NCBI GenBank assembly: GCA_964016885.1
Contig: OZ024744.1
Span: 83,142,001 to 83,206,000, forward strand
From: Eledone cirrhosa
Lineage: Eukaryota
Direction of reading: 5' to 3'
DNA: 64,000 bases
Shown: positions 57,607-64,000 of the stretch, piece after piece
Layout: each line of letters opens with the position of its first letter
How positions within the stretch are numbered: the stretch's first letter is position 1
The notes under the pieces: model-generated
What the model saw: the letters and a program-made list of their open reading frames with translations, nothing else
Database searches by the model: none
Told to the model about the DNA's origin: nothing
Program-made: the position numbers and the translations under genes

Positions 57607-58390
57607 ATACAAATTTTAGTACAGCATTAACGAAGCTTTAGGCTGCGGTTAAGCTGACGAATGCAAATTCGGAATGTAGCTTTAGCACTCGATAGAGAAT
57701 AATACCCCAGAGTAATAACAATACGTTTAGACAGCAGCTTTGCAAATCAAATATAGCGATCGGCAGTCCAGCCGTATTGCCATAGCAACGAAAATGGTTG
57801 GACTCAGAAAAAGATTTTAGACTGACCTGGACCATCGCGCGGAGACCGAATGCAATATATAATGCATATCGTATAGCATACGATATGCATCACATACAAC
57901 ACACAACATCCACGCTAGGTTTCTGTAAATCCGAGATCGACTAATTCCGCTTGCAGAGGTCTGCAAGTTAATGGCCTTTGTCGACAGAACAAAGGATTTA
58001 CTTCTTCAACAAGTCTTGCGTTCTTTAGCCTCAGCGGGTGTGTTCTAGCAGTAAATTTCGCTATAGACACGTGGTTTTCTCCAAGGGAGGTAACCCTCAT
58101 TTTGGCGGTGAATTCGAAATGAAATTCCCTTAGACAAACAGAATTAAGCACCTAACCAGAAGTTATCAAACAAACAAAAACAATTAATCAATCAATAGAA
58201 TTGTCTAATTAAATTAATCAGTTAATCGTTAATTCTAGGAGTTAAAATACAAATTTTAGTACAACATTAACGAAGCTTTAGGCTGCGGCTAAGCTAACGA
58301 ATGCAAATTCGGAATGTAGCTTTAGCACTCGATAGAGAATAATGCCCCAGAGTAATAACAATACGTTTAGACAGCTTTGCAAATCAATAT
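57607..58390 (-). mobile_element. Partial-tandem pLTR-like element (direct repeats 57607-57752 and 58247-58388)
   Basis: ~145 bp direct repeat carrying the ACTC..GAGTGCT hairpin on the minus strand. Related to the tails at 42772 and 50153. Confidence 0.72.
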
Positions 58391-58481
58391 ATATATATAA
58401 ATATAATAACTACAAAAAAAAAAAAGTATCGCTCTACATGGCTGAATACAATCAATGTAACCTGAGTTTTGGGAATATTTT

Positions 58482-58605
58482 AATAATTGTTTCTACTTTT
58501 GGTACAAGGCCAGCAAATATTCCACTGCATTACTGCTACTTTATTTTATCGACCCCGTAAGGATGAAAGGCAAAGTTAACCTCGGCGGGATTTGAACTCA
58601 GAATA
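58482..58605 (-). mobile_element. tRNA-derived SINE (5'-truncated)
   Basis: SINE consensus. Confidence 0.85.
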
Positions 58606-58817
58606 TTAAGACTGATATTCGATACGTTTTCAATTATGCAAACAGCCTCTTTTAAGCCATGTCAGTAGAATGAGCCCCTTATTCTTGCTCTTGTTTTGCA
58701 TGGAAACACTGGCTTTAAAAAAGTGTTTGCATAATTACAAAAGAATTGATTATTATTATTAATATTCGAAAGACTCAGATTACATTTCTTGTATTCAGCC
58801 ATGTAGAGCGATAATTT

Positions 58818-58917
<100 letters not shown>

Positions 58918-58932
58918 CGTGTGTGTGTGTGT

Positions 58933-58963
<31 letters not shown>

Positions 58964-58966
58964 GGG

Positions 58967-58998
<32 letters not shown>

Positions 58999-59203
58999 GT
59001 GCGCGCGTGTGTGTGTGTGAGTGAAAACAAGATATGAATGACTTCTCAATGTCACGTTAAAGAATGCCAACCACCAGTGAAAACAGTCTTCTGTATGTCT
59101 GTATGTTCAAATATATCTTAGCAATTTAAATATATGAATATATATATATATATAGATAGGTAAATATACACGGGTGTGTATGATTGTGTATAGAAGATTA
59201 TAC

Positions 59204-59585
59204 TAATAAGAGGAATTCCAGCTTTGTCTGATTTACTCGTTTTATTTACAATCCTTTAAAATATATAATATGGTATTATAATGAAATAGTATGATAGAAT
59301 ATTAAATTCTAAATGTTAATTGAACAAGTACTTTCATGCTTTCGCAATCTTCAGGTTCATGATATGTGGTGACAGTCGAGTTTGCAATTTTCAACTGTTG
59401 AAAATTGCAAACTCGACTGTCACCACATATCATGAACCTGAAGATTGCGAAAGCATGAAAGTACTTGTTCAATTAACATTTAGAATTTAATATTCTATCA
59501 TACTATTTCATTATAATACCATATTATATATTTTAAAGGATTGTAAATAAAACGAGTAAATCAGACAAAGTTGGAATTCCTCTTA

Positions 59586-59588
<3 letters not shown>
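59204..59588. mobile_element. ~385 bp near-perfect palindrome with a minimal hammerhead at 59433-59471 (and its mirror)
   Basis: tgaac-CTGAAGA-ttgc-GAAA-gcatgaaagtac-TT-gttca. Confidence 0.78.
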
Positions 59589-59619
<31 letters not shown>

Positions 59620-59684
59620 TATATATATATTGTCTGTGCGCGTGTTGGCGCGAGTGTGTACTTGTGAGTTTGTATACATGTATG

Positions 59685-59764
<80 letters not shown>

Positions 59765-59829
59765 CACACTTTCATATATATATGTATATATATAAAGGAT
59801 AAAATCCATTTTAGTATACTAATGATAAT

Positions 59830-60130
59830 CTGATTTGCACCTAGAAAGTTGCCCTCTGAGTCACAAGACTGGGAAAAGTTGTTTGTGGAAGACCAGCAGT
59901 CCCCATGCATGCAACTCCATGCTTTCCATGTTCTACAAGGGAAAAGCAATGGCCGATAAGGCTAGGCACCTGTGACGTTGCAACTGATTTCTACAGGTTA
60001 GTAAACTGGAGCAACGACGTGACATAAAGTATCTTGCTGAAGGACACAATGGTCTACGTGACTTGGTCTACGTTTCGAATTTGCAACCTTAAGATTGCAA
60101 GCCCAACTCTGTAATCACTGAGCCTTGTAG
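59830..60130 (-). mobile_element. Degenerate tRNA-derived SINE (second family)
   Basis: ggctcagtgattacagagttgg..tgtgtccttcagcaagatacttta on the minus strand. Confidence 0.65.
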
Positions 60131-60220
60131 TAAACAGTTTTTGTTTCATTATTCACTTCTAAAGATCCCGTTAAGGGTGAAAGCAGCGATTCTTTGCATA
60201 AACTTTAATCTGTTATTTTA

Positions 60221-60272
<52 letters not shown>

Positions 60273-60772
60273 ACATATATACATATATATGCGTATGTGT
60301 GTGTGTGTGTATACATATATAAATAAATATATATAGGCGGGTGTCTGTGACCTATATAGACCGGTTACAGACACTCACACAAACACGCACACACACATGT
60401 ATGCACACACACTTAGAAACCCTTTCTATTTAGCAAGATACAGTGATGCTATATTCGTTTCTTTGAAGTCACCTGTTATAATTTGATTCAACATCACCAG
60501 CAGTTCTCACCATTTTCCTTCTCTGTCTCCTCTCCCTCTCCCTATATCTTTCTTTCAGTCTACTCTCTCACACCAACTATCTCTTTTTCTCTATCCTTCT
60601 CTCTCTCTATTTAAGAAGGTAACCGGAAAAACCCCATATCTCGGGAACTCGTCCTCCGAATTGCGCGAAACTTTTTAAAATTCCATTTGTGTTCCCATTT
60701 CAGGGGCAACTTCCTTTCAAAGTATTTCCCCATTATGCAGTATTACATTACAGTCAAGCAAACACGCAAGAA

Positions 60773-60920
60773 ATCAAAAGTATATATTGAGTTAGAAACT
60801 CAAATTTGTTTCTTACAATTAAAATACCTCAAAGAAAAACGGCCCGAAAAAATTTATTCCTTGAGCTATTTTAATTTTAAGAGACTAATTTGAGTTTCTA
60901 ACTCAATATATACTTTTGAT
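60773..60920. repeat. ~150 bp palindromic, MITE-like element
   Basis: atcaaaagtatatattgagttagaaactcaaatt and its reverse complement. Confidence 0.75.
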
Positions 60921-61334
60921 ATGTTCGGCCCCTTGAATTTATAGAGCTCTTTTAAATGTCGAGTGAACCTGGCTGCTATTTTTAGTAACATACATTTTAC
61001 GAGACAAGCTAGGCACTGAATGCCATGTGCGTTATTCTAAAAACCTAGAAGTGAAAGGTTTACTAATTCGTCCATCCATTGACGAGCAATAGAATTGGTA
61101 ATTCCCTTCACTTGATGCGAAACAGTTTTACCAAAAACTGTCTGGATGTATATTTGATAGTTATCACAATTCGGTTTATACTTTTTCTTAATTTATTCTT
61201 TTAATTGAGTCTGGCAAATTGTTAATAGTTAGTATCCTATTCACCCTAGCGAATCTGGTCCCTTATAATTTGAACACGTATATGTATATATCTGTGTTTA
61301 ACTCTCTTTATTATATTGAATTATATATATATAT

Positions 61335-61741
61335 AAGTAGAAGGGGTATTTAATTTGTTGGAAATCCGACAAATATAAATATAAATGTTTATAACTGATT
61401 TAGAGCACTCAACAGTTTCCTGGAGTAAATATTCAATGATATTAAATAAATGGAAACTATATTTATAAAACCATATTTATTTTATTATATATATTTCAAG
61501 GGTACCAAAAGACTTTGGTACGCTTTCTTCAGATAAAATACAAAGTTTGTTTTATAAATAGAGACATACCCAGAGAGTATCCAACTGATAAGGTATGATT
61601 TTCGTGGATATGTCTCTATTTATAAAACAAACTTTGTATTTTATCTGAAGAAAGCGTACCAAAGTCTTTTGGTACCCTTGAAATATATATAATAAAATAA
61701 ATATGGTTTTATAAATATAGTTTCCATTTATTTAATATCAT

Positions 61742-61743
<2 letters not shown>
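61335..61743. mobile_element. Foldback element: palindrome 61434-61743 plus minus-strand tail (partial relative at 41990-42060)
   Basis: Inverted arms in (TA)n, with hammerheads on both strands. Confidence 0.82.
61637..61699 (+). ncRNA. Type I hammerhead ribozyme motif
   Basis: tattttat-CTGAAGA-aag(c)gtaccaaa/tttggtac(c)ctt-GAAA-tatata-TA-ataaaata. Confidence 0.86.
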
Positions 61744-61790
<47 letters not shown>

Positions 61791-62150
61791 ATCCTTATAC
61801 CTCTCCACAACGATTGAACTGTTAATACCCGTAATGTATATTGGAAGTATATGTCATCTCAACTTAAGTGGACACAATGACACTCCCGATAATAGTTTAC
61901 GTAGTGCATAGGTGATACTTTTGATAGTTTGACCTTCATTTTTACGGTGCGCAAATTTTATATTCATATACATATAGCCCCACTCTTACGCCCATTTATA
62001 ATATATATATATATATATATATTGGTAAACGGAAAAGAAAATGCTGACAAATTGTTCACAGTGAAAAATAGTTTAATTAGGAATAAGTGAGAATTAGTAA
62101 TAGTATTGGTTAGTATTCAGTTTTGGTTTTAAGTTTTACCGGTTGCGCAT

Positions 62151-62193
<43 letters not shown>

Positions 62194-62226
62194 TTGTATG
62201 TGTATATATATATATGTACATATAAA

Positions 62227-62284
<58 letters not shown>

Positions 62285-62310
62285 CTTTGTGTGTGTGTGT
62301 ATATATATAT

Positions 62311-62595
62311 TTAATTATGTAATAACCAACATAATATAATTATTCCATTACCCAAGGTTTCACGAAGTTAGACGATTCTAACAGAAACGTTTAATATCGC
62401 TCAAAAGAAGGAATCTCTATTTGGATATAAGATATGAAATAAAATTTGGTAATGGAATAACTATATTGTGTGGTTCATTACATAATTAAATAGCTTTATA
62501 CCATATATAGAGCACTCTTCTTTCCTTTACCTTTTCTACGGAAATACTTAACATATATATATATTTCTGCTCTGTAGTATATCTTATATTTTACA
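62311..62595. repeat. Decayed foldback element (arms 62311-62352 and 62448-62490) plus tail
   Basis: ttaattatgtaat..ttattccattacc pairs with ggtaatggaataa..attacataattaa. Confidence 0.6.
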
Positions 62596-62697
62596 TGGAG
62601 CTAATTATCTTACTGGTAATCGGGCAATACACAATATTACCCCTATCTGATTTAAAATTATATATATAAGAATAACTATTACATACACACACACACA

Positions 62698-62755
<58 letters not shown>

Positions 62756-62757
<2 letters not shown>

Positions 62758-62848
62758 GGAACGTTCCTATTACCCACTCTACTACCCTAAGTATTGAGTA
62801 CTTTGGTGCGTTATGGTCCAACTGGTTCCTTACCACATTTCCTTCGTT
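62756..62848 (+). mobile_element. Family B tail fragment
   Basis: Matches 43848-43933. Confidence 0.85.
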
Positions 62849-62879
62849 ATATATATATATAAATATATATATATTATCT

Positions 62880-63164
62880 GTGTGTGCGTGTTACCTCCTT
62901 TTATTTCGCCCAACCGTGTCCCAATTGTTTGATCAACGGAGCAGCCTACTCAAAACATTAATGATTAAACATTCCAAAATCTCGCCTGCATTGAACGTGA
63001 GACACTGTGTGTCATGCATATTAAAGGAACAGTCCAGCCGACGAGTTTTTACAAGACATGTGTCGACTCGAAACCATGGTAAACCACTTCCCCAAGTTGC
63101 CACGCAGTACAAGCGAACCCGGAATCTCATTGCGCCGGAAACTTCTTAACCATTTGACCACAGG

Positions 63165-63165
<1 letters not shown>
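62880..63165 (-). mobile_element. Degenerate tRNA-derived SINE
   Basis: tgtggtcaaatggttaagaag..ccgggttcg..gcgtggcaacttgggg on the minus strand. Confidence 0.6.
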
Positions 63166-63194
<29 letters not shown>

Positions 63195-63197
<3 letters not shown>

Positions 63198-64000
63198 GTT
63201 TCTTTTATTTGCCACTAGGGCATCAAAAGTGGGACAAGTACAAAGGGGGGAGTTTACACAAAAAGGCGTCCTCAATAAGGAGGAGGCAATAACAAAATAT
63301 AAAAATAAAATAAGATATAACAAAAAATAAAATTTTTAACAAAATCCTCAATAGAGAGGAGGCGCCTTGGGGGGTCGCACACACCCCCGAAAAAAGTGTG
63401 CAACCCTTTTCCTCAGGAGCACAGAGAGGGGGTGCTCCCTCGTTCCTTCCTCTTTTCCACCTACAGGCTTATGTAAAGAGAAGGCCCATTCACACGGGCC
63501 ATTCTCGCCACTTTCACCCACCTTTCATAAAAACGACTGGGGTGCAGCACCTCTCTCTCCATCCTGATCCTTCTTCCGAAATGATATCGGAAGAAACGGA
63601 CCAGTTGTTGGCCAGAGAGAAAGGCGCCCGACCTCAGTCCTTTCAGACGCGTCCACCATACAACCTCTTTCGCCATGGCTATTACGCACAGAAACACCGC
63701 CTCTGCTTCATCTTTGAAGGGGGGAGGCGGCTTGATCATTACAATAGACTCGGTGGTCAACCGGATCGGTCCCACCCTTGACAGCAGTTGTTCGACATAG
63801 CCCCACAGATCGGCTACGCCCGAGCAGTGTACCAATGCGTGTGCAACGGTTTCCTCGTCGCACACGCATCTGGGACAGATCTTTTTGGCGGGGTCCCTAC
63901 CCGGGCGCCCGTGTCTGTAGAGCCTTTCTCGAACGGGTAAAGCCCCTCGGTAGCACTGCCAGGCCAGGGACTTCTGGAAGTTGTCCATAGGTCCCGGGCT
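63195..64000 (-). mobile_element. Tx1-like LINE copy 4 (3' end; runs off the window), with an (ATCT)n tail
   Basis: ORF 63461..63988 is near-identical to 40772..41284. Confidence 0.93.

Overview
AT-rich eukaryotic repeat landscape with no recognisable host gene. The tRNA-derived SINE family looks like those of octopod cephalopods (inference). The window contains decayed non-LTR retrotransposons: an R4/Dong-like RT-RLE element with a (TAA)n tail, four Tx1-like copies in (ATCT)n, an RTE, a CR1-like element and a Penelope-like RT/GIY-YIG fragment. It also has about 20 SINEs, small non-autonomous Helitrons, many microsatellites and a 200-N gap. The main unexplained signal is about 18 foldback (palindromic) elements of roughly 90-750 bp, from at least 10 sequence-unrelated families, nearly all embedded in (TA)n tracts. 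Most carry a type I hammerhead ribozyme motif, often on both strands, and several use a compensatory U3:A8 core. Many families share a covarying ACTC-stem-2 nt bulge-GAGTRC hairpin in a 3' tail that is present on only one arm, while the other arm stops just upstream of it. I interpret these as ribozyme-bearing Penelope-like pLTR derivatives with a shared cis-acting RNA signal. All folds were made by eye and no activity has been tested.
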